Assembly: GCA_964647595.1 (NCBI GenBank)
Contig: CAZYGH010000002.1
Coordinates: 3,599 to 67,598 of the forward strand
DNA: 64,000 nucleotides
Origin: an uncultured Verrucomicrobiota bacterium
GTDB taxonomy: Bacteria; Verrucomicrobiota; Kiritimatiellia; CAIQIC01; Lenti-01
Reading direction: 5' to 3'
Part shown: positions 18,982 through 29,722 of the stretch, piece by piece
Layout: each line of letters starts with the position of its first letter
Numbering within the stretch: position 1 is the stretch's first letter
Translations under genes and position numbers: made by a program
The notes under the pieces: generated by a model
Databases searched by the model: none
Told to the model about the DNA's origin: nothing
The model's input: only the letters and a program-made list of their open reading frames with translations

Positions 18982-21900
18982 GTGAACTTATTGCCGGGCG
19001 TTGGATGTGGACTGGCCTTTCTGGTGTATTTCGCAACCGGAATCGTGGCCCAGCCCATCGATTTCTTCTATGTCGGCCACGACGTGGTGGACTACGCTCT
19101 CAACGTGTATGCCGACCCCGCAGGCGGGCCTGCGTACCAGATCGATTGCTGCCCCGATTGCCCCACCAACACCTGGACCAAAGTGGAGATCTACCGCGAC
19201 GACGTGCTCCTCACCGCCTTGCCCGAAGCCAAATTGACCTCCCGGCAGATCCGCCACAACCTCTCGGACGCTACGGTCCTGCCCGATCAGCTCCACGCCT
19301 ACCGGCGGCGAGACTACATCCGCAATCCCTGCACCGGCGGCCAGTGGGTGGAAACCAACCCTTCCACCCTTTCGCAGACCGTCGATACCTCGCGCTGCTC
19401 CGGCGCTCTGTACAACGACGGCACCTTTCCCCGCGACCCCATCCACTGGAGCGGCAACGTGCAGGTCCGCGACGTGCGCGTGGAAATGGGCGTTTTGGAA
19501 GTCCAGCCCGGTTCCGTCGTCACCATCGAGAACGTCCTTTATACCGCCATCTACAATCCGGGGGCGCCGTCCGATGGCAGCCTGCAGGCCATCGCCGCAA
19601 CCTTCCGGGGCGGCAACACCAACGGATTGCCCAGCTTGATGATCCTCGATACCGAAGCCTCCGCTCGCCCGGCCCTCAGCCAATGCACGCTGAACGACGT
19701 CCATCTCTGCGTAAGGAACAATGCCCGCAACGTCGAGTTGATCGACAACGTCTTCACCGGAAATTCCAAGCTGGAAATCAGCGGGCGCAACGGCGTCTGC
19801 AGCGGCACCCGCGGCATCGACCTTCTCGGATTTGGCGGCGCGGACTACCTCGTAGCCAGCAATGTGGCCAACTCCATCGAGGTGGGTTCCTCGAACTGCG
19901 TCGTGCGGGACAACGTCTGCGAGGACTTGATCGTATACTCCGGTGGAAACCAAATCGTGGGCAACCGCGCCATTTCGCTGTCCGTACACGGAAAAGGAAA
20001 TCTCATCCACGGCAACCAGATCGACAGCACCGACAAGCCCAACTACGCAGGCATGAGTATTCGCGGCAGCCACCACGACGTTCGCTCCAACCTCTTTCGC
20101 TCATCGGGCATGAGCCTCGGCGGCGCCAGCAACGTGGTGTCCGGAAACCGCTTCGAAGGGTTCATCCAGCCCGTCGTATGGACCAACCATTCGCTCTTCG
20201 TCAACGGCCGCGGCCATCTCATCTACAACAACTACTTCGGCGGCTGGGGACACAGCGTCGGCGGCTGGGACTACCAAGGCTCCAATCGCTGGTCCATCGA
20301 TAAATCGCCCGGCCCCAATATCGTCGGCGGCCCCTTTCTCGGCGGCAACTACTGGGCGCGCCAAACCGCCGCCGATGCCAACGGCGACGGACTGGGCGAT
20401 ACCCCGCATGTCGTGCCCGGCCAAGCCGGCGCCCAAGACCTGTTGCCCCTCATTGGCCCCGGCGAGCTGGAACTCCACGCCGGCACAGCCAATCCCAATG
20501 GCTCCACCTTCAACCCCGCCGGACAACCCTTCCCCGTCGCCCAAATCTTGCTGCGCGCAGGCGACACCCTCTCCGACGACGCCGTTGTCAATTCCATGAC
20601 CTTCACCTTCCAAGGCGACACCCAGCGCCTCGCGTCCGTCCGCAGCGCCCAGTTGTACTCCGGCACCTCCCACTTCTTGCTGGACTTGACCCTTCTCGCC
20701 GAAGCGCCGTTCTCCGGCAACCGCGTCACATTCGTCCTCAACGAACGCCTTCCTCCGGGTTCCCAGCGCCACTACACCGTCTTCTACGTGTTCCACTACG
20801 TCGACGAATACGCCGCGCCCCCGCCCGCCGCCGCCGCCTCCAAAATCCGCTTCGGTGCCTCCATCCAACCGGAAGACGTGTCCACGCCGTCCGTACTCGT
20901 GACCGGCAGCGCAAAGCCGGGCTGGGTTCGTCCGCTCCACCTTCGCTATCTCACCGCCTTCATGCCGGGTGCCCCCGCCTCCGTGGGCTCGGCCATCGAA
21001 TCCTCCGCCGAAGTGCTCTTCGCCTGGTCGCTCTACGGCGACGTCTGCGCCAACCCCAATCTCCGCATCCTGCGCGACGTGGGTTCCGCCGAACAGCCCT
21101 GGACCCTGTGGATCAAGGACCGCGACGCCGTCCACGCCCTGTCCTCCTTCGCCAACCGGCCCACGTTCCGCACCTTCGATTGCGCAGGCGCCTCCACCGA
21201 AAACCTCGCCTTGCCCACCGTCGAAGCGCTGGATTCCTACGTCGACGACGATGGGCGGCTGTTCTGGGCGCCCGGCTTGGCCTTCGACGACCCGTATGCC
21301 AACGCCGATTTCCTCTTCGCGGGCGAAGTCGATCTAACCGTCGCCGCCACGCGCGGAGATTACGCCGGCTTCCTGCGCGACGTCGCCACCCCGCTGCGCA
21401 ACGCATTCGGCGGAGCCGACAACGTCCTCGTCTCCAGCTACTCGGCCGAAGGCGACGGCTACCTCGCCACCCTCCGCATCCTCACCCGCCAAAGCGCCTC
21501 GCGCGTCCGGGCCGCCCTCCTGCCGGGCGCCAGCGTCCTCGACATGCGCGGCCGCACCCTCTCTGTCCGCTACGCCCATTCCCACGGCAGCGACGCCATG
21601 CGCTCGCCCGGCGCGTTCCTCGAAGTGCAACCCCAACTCGACTTCGGCCACGTCACCGTCGACCAAACCGCTACGCGCCGCCTGCTCCTCCGCGAACGCA
21701 ACGGACAAGAGCCCCTGCACGTTTCCGCCATCCTCGCCTCCGGCCCCTTCCGCTCCGACTGGAGCGGAACCATCCCCGCCGGTGGCCAAACCAACGTCCC
21801 CGTGTCCTTTTCTCCCCTCTCCCCCGACGCCCAGATCGGATTTCTCCGCGTCGTTTCCGACGCCGCCTCCGGACCCTGCGAAACGCTCTGCTCCGGACAA

Positions 21901-22269
21901 GGCACCGCGCTGGAAATCGACGAAGCCTACCGCGACGTCCACGGACTCCCCCTCGATGGCTCCGGCGACTACGAAGACTCCGACGACGATGGGTTCAGCA
22001 ACTGGGAAGAATGGCTCTGCGGCACCGACCCCAACGACCCCGCCTCCCATCTGCTCGTCTCCCCCTCATCTGAAGGCAGTCTCCTGACCTGGCCCAGCCA
22101 AGCCGGACGCCGCTACAACGTCTATCGATCAACAGACCTGACCCGCGCCGTTCCCTTCCTCTTCTTGGAATCCATCGTCGGCCAAGCCGGAGAATCATCC
22201 TTCGAAGATAGCGACCCCATGCCCGCCCCCCTGCGCATCTATCGCGTGGAAATCCAGCCAGACGAGTAA
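18982..22269 (+). CDS. Large secreted right-handed parallel beta-helix repeat protein (1095 aa) with C-terminal TSP3-like calcium-binding motif
   Basis: N-terminal signal/TM. Many NxxG/beta-helix repeats (NVxxxNxxxxNG...). DSDDDGFSNWEEWLCGTDPNDPAS motif near C-terminus. The antisense ORFs in this span are high-GC artefacts. Confidence 0.7.
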   Translation: MNLLPGVGCGLAFLVYFATGIVAQPIDFFYVGHDVVDYALNVYADPAGGPAYQIDCCPDCPTNTWTKVEIYRDDVLLTALPEAKLTSRQIRHNLSDATVLPDQLHAYRRRDYIRNPCTGGQWVETNPSTLSQTVDTSRCSGALYNDGTFPRDPIHWSGNVQVRDVRVEMGVLEVQPGSVVTIENVLYTAIYNPGAPSDGSLQAIAATFRGGNTNGLPSLMILDTEASARPALSQCTLNDVHLCVRNNARNVELIDNVFTGNSKLEISGRNGVCSGTRGIDLLGFGGADYLVASNVANSIEVGSSNCVVRDNVCEDLIVYSGGNQIVGNRAISLSVHGKGNLIHGNQIDSTDKPNYAGMSIRGSHHDVRSNLFRSSGMSLGGASNVVSGNRFEGFIQPVVWTNHSLFVNGRGHLIYNNYFGGWGHSVGGWDYQGSNRWSIDKSPGPNIVGGPFLGGNYWARQTAADANGDGLGDTPHVVPGQAGAQDLLPLIGPGELELHAGTANPNGSTFNPAGQPFPVAQILLRAGDTLSDDAVVNSMTFTFQGDTQRLASVRSAQLYSGTSHFLLDLTLLAEAPFSGNRVTFVLNERLPPGSQRHYTVFYVFHYVDEYAAPPPAAAASKIRFGASIQPEDVSTPSVLVTGSAKPGWVRPLHLRYLTAFMPGAPASVGSAIESSAEVLFAWSLYGDVCANPNLRILRDVGSAEQPWTLWIKDRDAVHALSSFANRPTFRTFDCAGASTENLALPTVEALDSYVDDDGRLFWAPGLAFDDPYANADFLFAGEVDLTVAATRGDYAGFLRDVATPLRNAFGGADNVLVSSYSAEGDGYLATLRILTRQSASRVRAALLPGASVLDMRGRTLSVRYAHSHGSDAMRSPGAFLEVQPQLDFGHVTVDQTATRRLLLRERNGQEPLHVSAILASGPFRSDWSGTIPAGGQTNVPVSFSPLSPDAQIGFLRVVSDAASGPCETLCSGQGTALEIDEAYRDVHGLPLDGSGDYEDSDDDGFSNWEEWLCGTDPNDPASHLLVSPSSEGSLLTWPSQAGRRYNVYRSTDLTRAVPFLFLESIVGQAGESSFEDSDPMPAPLRIYRVEIQPDE

Positions 22270-22365
22270 CCCCATCTCTCGCCTCATGGAAATGTACCTG
22301 CGCAGCAAATCCAACGATGGCTTGATACCCGTTGAAAAGGACATTGCCATATTTTTGACACAAAA

Positions 22366-22398
22366 AACGGCTTGGAAAGACATTCGCAAGCCGTTTTT
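22366..22398 (+). terminator. Rho-independent terminator (aacggcttg-loop-caagccgtt followed by TTTTTG)
   Basis: 9-bp stem plus T-run immediately after the beta-helix gene. Confidence 0.55.
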
Positions 22399-22468
22399 GT
22401 GAAAACAGACACCCATAAAAAATCCCCCGCAAAAGTGGCATTTCTGCCGTATTTACCGGGGGTTAAGG

Positions 22469-22544
22469 TGGTGAGACGGGCGGGGCTCGAACCCGCGACC
22501 ACAAGCTTAAAAGGCTCGTGCTCTACCGACTGAGCTACCGTCCC
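22469..22544 (-). tRNA. tRNA-Lys (anticodon TTT)
   Basis: Reverse complement folds as a canonical cloverleaf. Acceptor GGGACGG/CCGTCTC, D-arm GCTCAGTCGGTAGAGC, anticodon loop CTTTTAA, T-arm GCGGGTTCGAGCCCCGC, encoded CCA. Confidence 0.85.
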
Positions 22545-22697
22545 ACAATTTTCAATCCCTCCAAAATGTCTGCCGTTTCTACGCTACTCGACCCTCTTCG
22601 TACAAGCAAAAACGGGTCCTCTTAAACGAGTTTGATTTCTACGGCCCCATTTTCGGATATTGCGGTGTCTCGGGTTTGGGTGTATCAAACGCCGCAC

Positions 22698-24083
22698 ATG
22701 TCTTTCCCATATTCATCCGATACCATTGCCGCCATCGCCACCGCCCCCGGAGAAGGAGCCATTGCGATTGTCCGTGTTTCCGGCCCCGAAACCTATGCCT
22801 TGGCCGATCTCTTGTTTCGCGTCTCCCCTCCCCTCCCCTCGTCCCGAGTAGCCGGTACGTTTGCGCATGGCTCCGTTGTGCACCCGTCCACGGGTGAGGT
22901 ATTGGATGAGGCCATCTGTCTCTTCTTTCGCACTCCCCATTCCTATACCGGCGAAGATTCGATCGAAATTCAATGCCATGGCGGATCCCAAGTCGCCCGG
23001 CGCATTCTTCATGCTCTGATTTCTGCAGGCGCACGCCAAGCCGAACCGGGAGAATTCACCAAACGCGCTTTTCTGAATGATAAACTGAATCTGACTCAAG
23101 CAGAGGCCGTCCTGGATCTAATCCATGCCCGATCCGAACGGGCCGCACGCCTGGCCACCGCTCAACTCGAAGACGCCCTCGGCCTGCGCGTTCGAACCCT
23201 TTACGATACACTCCTTTCGACTTCTGCGGATCTTGAGGCCATGCTTGATTTTCCAGATGATGAACTGCCGCAATCGGTTCCGACTGAATTGATTCAACGC
23301 CTTTCCACACTGGCCACCCAAATCAACGCCTTGTTAGATACGTGGAAGGAAGGGAGAGTCCTCCGTGAGGGCGCACGCATGGTGATTGCAGGAGCCCCCA
23401 ACGTCGGAAAATCCACCTTACTCAATCGCCTCGCCGGTCGCGACCGAGCGATTGTATCCCCACTCCCCGGCACCACACGAGATACCATTGAAGAAACGGT
23501 AACCTTGAGGGGCTATTCCATGCAAGTAATCGATACCGCGGGCTTGCGAAAAGCCCCTTGTGAAATTGAACAAGAAGGCATTCGTCGCACCTACCATGCC
23601 CTTTCCCAGGCCGATCTCTGCCTCAGCCTTGTTGATAGCTCCCGTCCGATCACAGACGATGAAGTCCAATTTATTTCAGCTCAGAACCCCAACAACACTC
23701 TCTTAATCCTAAATAAATCCGACCTAGGAACTCACCTTTCTGTCAAGGACTTCCCTGGCTTCACCTGTCTCTCCTATTCACTACAGAATGCCCCTTCTGT
23801 AGACCCCATCGTGGACCACATTCTCTCCCTCCTTCTCCAGAATCCGTCCGAAAGCGATCACGGCTTGTGGGCCATCTCCGAACGTCATCATTCTTCTCTT
23901 TCCATTGCATTAGAGGAGATTATGTTATCCATTTCCTGCCTTCAAAGCGGAAAGGAACAGGATTTTCTGCCCGCGGCAACCCATGCTCGAATAGCGCTTG
24001 AACACGTCGGAAATATTTTGGGGAGAAATTGCTCGGATGAGATAATCAATTCCATTTTTTCAAGGTTTTGTGTTGGAAAATAA
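22698..24083 (+). CDS. mnmE: tRNA modification GTPase MnmE
   Basis: N-terminal THF-binding domain, G-domain GAPNVGKSTLLN...PGTTRD, C-terminal C[IV]GK motif (FCVGK). Confidence 0.9.
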   Translation: MSFPYSSDTIAAIATAPGEGAIAIVRVSGPETYALADLLFRVSPPLPSSRVAGTFAHGSVVHPSTGEVLDEAICLFFRTPHSYTGEDSIEIQCHGGSQVARRILHALISAGARQAEPGEFTKRAFLNDKLNLTQAEAVLDLIHARSERAARLATAQLEDALGLRVRTLYDTLLSTSADLEAMLDFPDDELPQSVPTELIQRLSTLATQINALLDTWKEGRVLREGARMVIAGAPNVGKSTLLNRLAGRDRAIVSPLPGTTRDTIEETVTLRGYSMQVIDTAGLRKAPCEIEQEGIRRTYHALSQADLCLSLVDSSRPITDDEVQFISAQNPNNTLLILNKSDLGTHLSVKDFPGFTCLSYSLQNAPSVDPIVDHILSLLLQNPSESDHGLWAISERHHSSLSIALEEIMLSISCLQSGKEQDFLPAATHARIALEHVGNILGRNCSDEIINSIFSRFCVGK

Positions 24084-24153
24084 GGTTCATTTCCTAGAGA
24101 TGGCACTATTTATTGTGATTTTAATTCACATTATAATTTAATCGACACTTTTC

Positions 24154-26067
24154 ATGAACTCAGTTGAACTTATTGTCATCGGGGCTGGCCATGCGGGCTG
24201 TGAGGCGGCCCTAGCAGCCGCACGAATGGGTGTTCGGACCGCGCTTGTCACGATGGACCTACGCGCTGTTGCGAGAATGTCCTGCAACCCTTCCATCGGT
24301 GGGATCGCCAAATCTCATATGGTGTTCGAACTGGATGCCCTTGGTGGCGAAATGGCCTTGAATACCGACTGCACGGGGATTCAGTTTCGGGTTCTCAATA
24401 TGCGCAAGGGTCCGGCTGTACGAGCCAACCGGGCACAATGCGACAAGCCCGCCTATTCCGCCCGCATGAGCGCCGTCCTCCAGACCCAAGACCATCTGAC
24501 CTTGATCGAGGATCAAATCGAGTCCATTGCCGTGCAACAGGATCAGATTCGCGGCGTTTGGGGGCAAAAATCAGGCTACCTCGAGGCTCCAGCCGTCATT
24601 TTGACGGCTGGGACCTTCTTGAGGGGAAAGATCTTCATTGGAAAACAAGTCGTGAGTGGTGGGCGGCTTCAGGAGCCCTCCGAGGAAAACCTGAGCCTTC
24701 AATTGAATCAGATGGGATTCCGAATGGAGCGACTCAAAACCGGCACCCCGCCCCGTTTGCACAAGGACAGTCTGGATTATTCTAAAATGTCCATCCAACC
24801 CGGCGAAACCCCACCTCCGTTCTTTGGATGGCAGTGCCGAGCCTCGGCAGGCATGTTCCACGTGGAACAGTCTGCTTCCGACCCTTTCCCACCGCCTGCT
24901 TCCGTTGTTCCACGTGGAACATCCATTCCACTACCTCCCTTTGCACCGTGGATTCCAGGAAGTCAGCAACTCCCGTGCTGGCTGACCCATACGAATGAGA
25001 AGACCATTCAGATCATTTCCGACCACTTGGATGATTCCGCCTTGTACGGCGGTCTAATCGAAGGCACCGGGGCTCGATACTGCCCCTCCATTGAAGACAA
25101 AGTAGTGAAGTTCTCCAGCCACAGCAATCACCATGTCTTTGTGGAGCCCGAGGGGAGGGGGGTGCTGGAAATGTATCCCAATGGAACCTCCAACAGCCTA
25201 CCGCTGGACGTTCAACTCGATATGATCCATTCGATTGCGGGCCTCGAAAAGGCGGAGTTTTTGGCACCGGCCTATGCCATTGAATATGATTTCTTTGATC
25301 CCACTCAACTCTTCCACACCTTGGAAACCAAACGGATCCAAGGACTCTATTTTGCTGGCCAAGTGAATGGAACCACGGGATACGAAGAAGCAGCAGCGCA
25401 GGGCTTTATGGCGGGAGTCAATGCCGCCCTGCGCCTCCGCAACCAAGAGCCGCTGACTCTCAAGCGCCATGAAGCCTATATCGGGGTCATGATCGATGAC
25501 CTCGTGACCAAAGGCACCAACGAGCCCTATCGAATGTTTACCTCCCGAGCCGAACACCGCCTTCTGTTACGGCAAGACAACGCCCCCTTTCGGTTGTCAT
25601 CTCAAGCGAAACGTCTGGGAATCGTCCCCGTCCATCGGCGACAAGAAATTCAGAACATGGAACGAGAAATCGCCCAAGAAATTGACCGCCTGAACCAAAC
25701 CTACCGCGATGGTTCCTCCTTGGCCCAATGGCTGAAACGTCCAGAGGTCCAGTATGCAACCTTGCCCGGTCATCGGGATGACCTCTCAGCTGAAGTTGTC
25801 GAACAGATTGAATTTTCCCTCAAGTATGAAGGCTATATTGAACGGGAGTGGCGACAGATTGAAAAATCAGAACAAGTCGCCAAGCAACGCATTCCAGAAG
25901 ACTTCAATTATCAGACCCTCTCCGCTCTCCGCTACGAATCACGAGAAAAACTATCCGCGATTCGTCCGCGCGATTTAGGGCAAGCTTCGCGCATTTCCGG
26001 TGTTACCCCAGCGGATATTTCTATCCTCTCCGTGTGGCTGAAAAGGACAACTCCGACTCCTCGTTGA
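24154..26067 (+). CDS. mnmG: tRNA uridine 5-carboxymethylaminomethyl modification enzyme MnmG (GidA)
   Basis: FAD motif [13 protein letters not shown], full-length 637 aa, adjacent to mnmE. Confidence 0.9.
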   Translation: MNSVELIVIGAGHAGCEAALAAARMGVRTALVTMDLRAVARMSCNPSIGGIAKSHMVFELDALGGEMALNTDCTGIQFRVLNMRKGPAVRANRAQCDKPAYSARMSAVLQTQDHLTLIEDQIESIAVQQDQIRGVWGQKSGYLEAPAVILTAGTFLRGKIFIGKQVVSGGRLQEPSEENLSLQLNQMGFRMERLKTGTPPRLHKDSLDYSKMSIQPGETPPPFFGWQCRASAGMFHVEQSASDPFPPPASVVPRGTSIPLPPFAPWIPGSQQLPCWLTHTNEKTIQIISDHLDDSALYGGLIEGTGARYCPSIEDKVVKFSSHSNHHVFVEPEGRGVLEMYPNGTSNSLPLDVQLDMIHSIAGLEKAEFLAPAYAIEYDFFDPTQLFHTLETKRIQGLYFAGQVNGTTGYEEAAAQGFMAGVNAALRLRNQEPLTLKRHEAYIGVMIDDLVTKGTNEPYRMFTSRAEHRLLLRQDNAPFRLSSQAKRLGIVPVHRRQEIQNMEREIAQEIDRLNQTYRDGSSLAQWLKRPEVQYATLPGHRDDLSAEVVEQIEFSLKYEGYIEREWRQIEKSEQVAKQRIPEDFNYQTLSALRYESREKLSAIRPRDLGQASRISGVTPADISILSVWLKRTTPTPR

Positions 26068-26145
26068 TTTATAATATATTGTATCCTATTCTAGCAGATG
26101 TTGTTATGTACATTTAACAAAATAGGTTCACCACGTCCGTGCCCT

Positions 26146-26853
26146 CTATTGCTTCAGGATCTCAATCGCCGCCTGAGTCACAGGTCCACCCGCCTCCGCC
26201 CAACGGGTGGGAAAAGAATCCGGGTGGGCGAGGCAATTGTTCAGCTTGGCCATTTGTACTTCGGACGGGAAATGAGAAGCCGCGAGAGAGGCGGCGGACC
26301 TCCATCTCGGGTCCGCATCCGGCAACCGGGCAGCCGCTTCTAAAGCCCTTCCCGCTAGATATTGGGTGAATCGAATCCCGGTTCCGTCCGAATCAAAACG
26401 ACCATCCGGATGTTGCAAACGAATAAGATGCTCCATTCCCGCTCGAATCGATGACACCTGATGGTCCTTCCATCCAGAAGACGGAGAACGAATGAGCGCA
26501 ATCAAAGCCAGTGCGGTGACTCCCGTGTCATAGCGTGTGTGCAAGGAAGAAGGACCGGCCGACCAGGCACCATCTTCGCGCTGAGCCGACATCAGTATTT
26601 CAACCGGGGTGGGGGATTCCGCCCTTCGAACAGGTTGCAACAGCCACAAGCCAGCGCCCAGCAGAAGAGCCAGTCCTGCCACACCCCGCAGAAATGGGAA
26701 TGCCAACATCCTCTGAGACCCGGTCGGAGTCTGGATGCGTTGTCGAACGCGATCGGTAAAATCTGTGGAACCTGTCGGCCTGTTCTGATCGCGCAACAGG
26801 GATATCAGGCTCGAAAAGCGTGGATCTTTCAGCGGATCGCTAGGGGTTTTCAT
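26146..26853 (-). CDS. Putative anti-sigma factor with periplasmic prenyltransferase/squalene-oxidase-like repeats
   Basis: Overlaps the ECF sigma gene. Cytoplasmic N-terminus, single TM (VAGLALLLGAGLWLL), QREDGAW and HPDGRF repeat motifs. Confidence 0.45.
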   Translation of the reverse strand: MKTPSDPLKDPRFSSLISLLRDQNRPTGSTDFTDRVRQRIQTPTGSQRMLAFPFLRGVAGLALLLGAGLWLLQPVRRAESPTPVEILMSAQREDGAWSAGPSSLHTRYDTGVTALALIALIRSPSSGWKDHQVSSIRAGMEHLIRLQHPDGRFDSDGTGIRFTQYLAGRALEAAARLPDADPRWRSAASLAASHFPSEVQMAKLNNCLAHPDSFPTRWAEAGGPVTQAAIEILKQ

Positions 26854-27397
26854 CGAACATTTCCTGTAGTGTTGACAACGCATTGAACACGCGTGATTTT
26901 ACGGTACCAATTGGTATAGAAAGGATTACAGATATTTCTTCGTAGGAGAGACCCTGATGAATAGAGAGAATCAACACCTCTCGCAACTTGGGGGAGAGTT
27001 TCTCGAGCGCGGCCTGAACATCGATTTTCTTTTGAACCGCGCCGATGCCACCATCGGTGGATACCGGCATTTCTTCCCGATAGCGGTCGGAAAACAGTCG
27101 AAATCGAACGTGTCGACGAACCGAATCGACCCACACATGTCGAGCCAAGGTATAGAGAAAAGTCGTAAACTTGGCCGATGGTTTGTATTTTTTCCGATAG
27201 TTCCATAGCCGAATGAATGTCTCCTGCGCAAGGTCGTCGCCAGACATAGAAGCGCCCATGCGGGCAAAATAGTTCAATATGGGTCGTTGATGGCGAGAAA
27301 CCAGCATACCAAAGGCTTCCTCGTTATCATTTTTGACCTGAACCATGAGCGCAAGGTCATCCGTTTCGGGCTGGATGGAATCGGACATAACTGGCAT
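26840..27397 (-). CDS. ECF-subfamily RNA polymerase sigma-70 factor
   Basis: Region 2 (ETFIRLWNY...FTTFLYTLARH) and region 4 (LSYEEISVILSIPIGTVKSR) motifs. Confidence 0.8.
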   Translation of the reverse strand: MPVMSDSIQPETDDLALMVQVKNDNEEAFGMLVSRHQRPILNYFARMGASMSGDDLAQETFIRLWNYRKKYKPSAKFTTFLYTLARHVWVDSVRRHVRFRLFSDRYREEMPVSTDGGIGAVQKKIDVQAALEKLSPKLREVLILSIHQGLSYEEISVILSIPIGTVKSRVFNALSTLQEMFDENP

Positions 27398-27527
27398 TGT
27401 TGAATGGTTCGCTCAGAAAAGAAAAGCCTTTTGAGCGCTATGTAATTAATCGCAAACCGGATGAACCATTTCGTCTGTTGCATCGTTTATAGACGAAACA
27501 CATGAAAGTTCAAAAGAGGCACATGAA

Positions 27528-28658
27528 ATGAGCAAATGGATAACAGGTTGTTTGGTGGGATGGCTATGGACGGGCGTGACAGGAGGCGCCGTCTTGCCTC
27601 CTGAATTGGAAGGGGAAGCCCGAGCCGCCCTGAATCGAGGAGCCGCATGGCTGGCCGCACAACAGCAACCGGCTGGCTTTTGGGCCATTGAAGACTCGCC
27701 GGCCCTGACGGGTCTCTCGATGTGGGCCCTTCAACAAGCCGATCCTGCGGCTCATCGTTCCGCGATCGATCGCGCCATGGTTTTCATTTTGACCAGCGTG
27801 CAAGAAGATGGCTCGATCTGGCGCAAGCCGGCCCTTCAGCGCAAGGGTGGGGGACTGGCCAATTACAACACAGCCGTCTGCATGACCGCCCTTCACGCGT
27901 TGAACCGCCCTGAACTGCTTTCCGTGGTTCAACAAGCGCGCACCTACCTGTCAAAAATGCAATATCTGGACCCGAGCGTCTATCGAGGCGGAATGGGCTA
28001 CGATGCCGACCAAGGAAGGCCCTACACCGATCTCTCGAATTCCTACATGGCCTATGAAGCCATGCGCCTCACGCAGGATGTGGAAGATTTGCGCGCGGCG
28101 GGCGAACCCAAAGCCGATCTGGATTGGAAGGCGGCTCAGGAATTTTTGTCGCAGGTGCAAAATCTGGCGACGGTCAACACCAACTATTGGATTAGCGAAA
28201 GTCTGGACGACCAAGGCGGCTTTGCCTATTCCCCCGGCGCTGGCGCATCGACCACCAACGCAGAGGGCAAGGTGAGCCTGCGTTCTTACGGGAGTATGAC
28301 CTATGCCGGCCTGCTCGCGCTGATCTACTCCCAAGTGGATGCACAAGATGAGCGCGTGCAAGCCGCCAAAGACTGGGCCACCCGCCATTGGTCGCTGGAT
28401 GAAAACCCCGGCATGGAGCAGGAGGGGATCTACTATTTCTTTAATGTGCTCACCAAATCCCTTGCCGCTGTGGGCGATGAAACCCTGACACTTCCCGATG
28501 GCCTCACCGTTTCCTGGCGCGAAGAAGTGGTGCGCAAACTCATCGCTCTTCAGAAGCCAGAGGGTTTTTGGGTGAATGAAAACAATCGCTGGTGGGAAGC
28601 CGATCCCAATCTAGTGACCGCCTACACCCTGTTGGCCTTGTCTGCGGCCCTTCAATAA
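27528..28658 (+). CDS. Secreted prenyltransferase/squalene-oxidase repeat (terpenoid-cyclase-fold) protein
   Basis: Signal peptide. Repeats with QxxDG(S/G)(W/F) motifs (QQPAGFW, QEDGSIW, DQGGFAYS, KPEGFW). Confidence 0.65.
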   Translation: MSKWITGCLVGWLWTGVTGGAVLPPELEGEARAALNRGAAWLAAQQQPAGFWAIEDSPALTGLSMWALQQADPAAHRSAIDRAMVFILTSVQEDGSIWRKPALQRKGGGLANYNTAVCMTALHALNRPELLSVVQQARTYLSKMQYLDPSVYRGGMGYDADQGRPYTDLSNSYMAYEAMRLTQDVEDLRAAGEPKADLDWKAAQEFLSQVQNLATVNTNYWISESLDDQGGFAYSPGAGASTTNAEGKVSLRSYGSMTYAGLLALIYSQVDAQDERVQAAKDWATRHWSLDENPGMEQEGIYYFFNVLTKSLAAVGDETLTLPDGLTVSWREEVVRKLIALQKPEGFWVNENNRWWEADPNLVTAYTLLALSAALQ

Positions 28659-28689
28659 GGAATCGCCCGGCGCACTTACTTGCGGCTTC

Positions 28690-28895
28690 ACGCCGCCAAC
28701 GCGGTTTTCCACAGTGTGGAAACATTTCTTCCATTGTGTGGAAAGCGCGCGTCCCGCGCACGGATTGCCGAAGGCAAGTTCCGCTTCGGAACGAGGGCCA
28801 AACGTGGCCCGAAGCCCAATCGCGAAAAAATCTTCCATTCTATGGAAAACTTTTGCAACGGCGGCTATCACAGTTAATTAATTGTGATAGTCGTT
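28690..28895. promoter_or_regulatory. Cluster of palindromes in a convergent intergenic region: TTTCCACAGTGTGGAAA, TTCCATtgTGTGGAA, TTCCATtctATGGAA, ctatcacagTTAATTAAttgtgatag, plus two short hairpins
   Basis: Read from sequence between 28659 and 28900. Lies between the 3' ends of two convergent genes. Confidence 0.4.
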
Positions 28896-28900
28896 CGGCT

Positions 28901-29722
28901 TTATCGTCCGAATCGATCAAGGAAGGCTTCGAGTTCTGCGTTGCCAGCCCCGCCGGGAGTAAACCAGGAGCTGTCTTCGTGCTTGCCCGACAAGAGGACA
29001 AATGTTTTCGGAGATGCAGCGGCAGCATGCAAAATACGGCCACTTTGAAAAGGAACCACTTCATCCGTTGTGCTATGGGCAAACAGTTTGGGCATCCCAT
29101 TCAAGGTGGCCACTTTGGCGGCCGAATCGTACGAAACAGAAAGCAGGCGATCGAGGGGAAGGGAAGGGTACCACCGTTTGGCCATGTCGGCAGCGGAGGA
29201 AAAAGCGCCTTCCACAATCAGGGCGGCCGCCGGACGGTCTGTGGCCAATTGAATTGCTACGGCCGATCCCATCGACAAGCCGTAGACTACGATAGGCAAC
29301 TTGCCACTCATGGCAGCGGCAGCATCATACGCCGCACGGGCATCATCATAAAAACCGGCCTCGGATGGGCGGCCGCCGCTTCGACCATACCCTCTGTAAT
29401 CCCATAGTAGAACATTGAATCTTCTCTTAAAAAAATGGGGCGCCAAATAGGCAATGTCGCCGATATTTCCAGAATTTCCGTGGCAATAGACAATGGTTCC
29501 TCGTGGGCGATTGGCGGGAACCCACCAGCCATTCAGCGAGGTTCCATCGGACGCAACAAATTGGACATCCTGATAGCGAAGCTGAAACTGGGCGGGGGTG
29601 GTCGAAATTTCTGCTGTGGGGTGATAAAGCGCGGCAAATTCAAATCGGCGCAGATATACCCAGCCAAAGGCTATGGCCATCACCAGAATGCATACGATGG
29701 AGAGAAAGATTTTTTTCATCAC
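28901..29722 (-). CDS. Alpha/beta-hydrolase (S9/BEM46-like), membrane-anchored
   Basis: N-terminal TM, HGNSGNIGD, nucleophile elbow GLSMGSA. Confidence 0.75.
   Translation of the reverse strand: MMKKIFLSIVCILVMAIAFGWVYLRRFEFAALYHPTAEISTTPAQFQLRYQDVQFVASDGTSLNGWWVPANRPRGTIVYCHGNSGNIGDIAYLAPHFFKRRFNVLLWDYRGYGRSGGRPSEAGFYDDARAAYDAAAAMSGKLPIVVYGLSMGSAVAIQLATDRPAAALIVEGAFSSAADMAKRWYPSLPLDRLLSVSYDSAAKVATLNGMPKLFAHSTTDEVVPFQSGRILHAAAASPKTFVLLSGKHEDSSWFTPGGAGNAELEAFLDRFGR

Noticed and set aside
18988-22073. Multiple 238-362-aa ORFs on both strands inside 18982..22269
   Set aside because: Shadow frames of the high-GC beta-helix gene. Low-complexity Gly/Ala/Arg composition.
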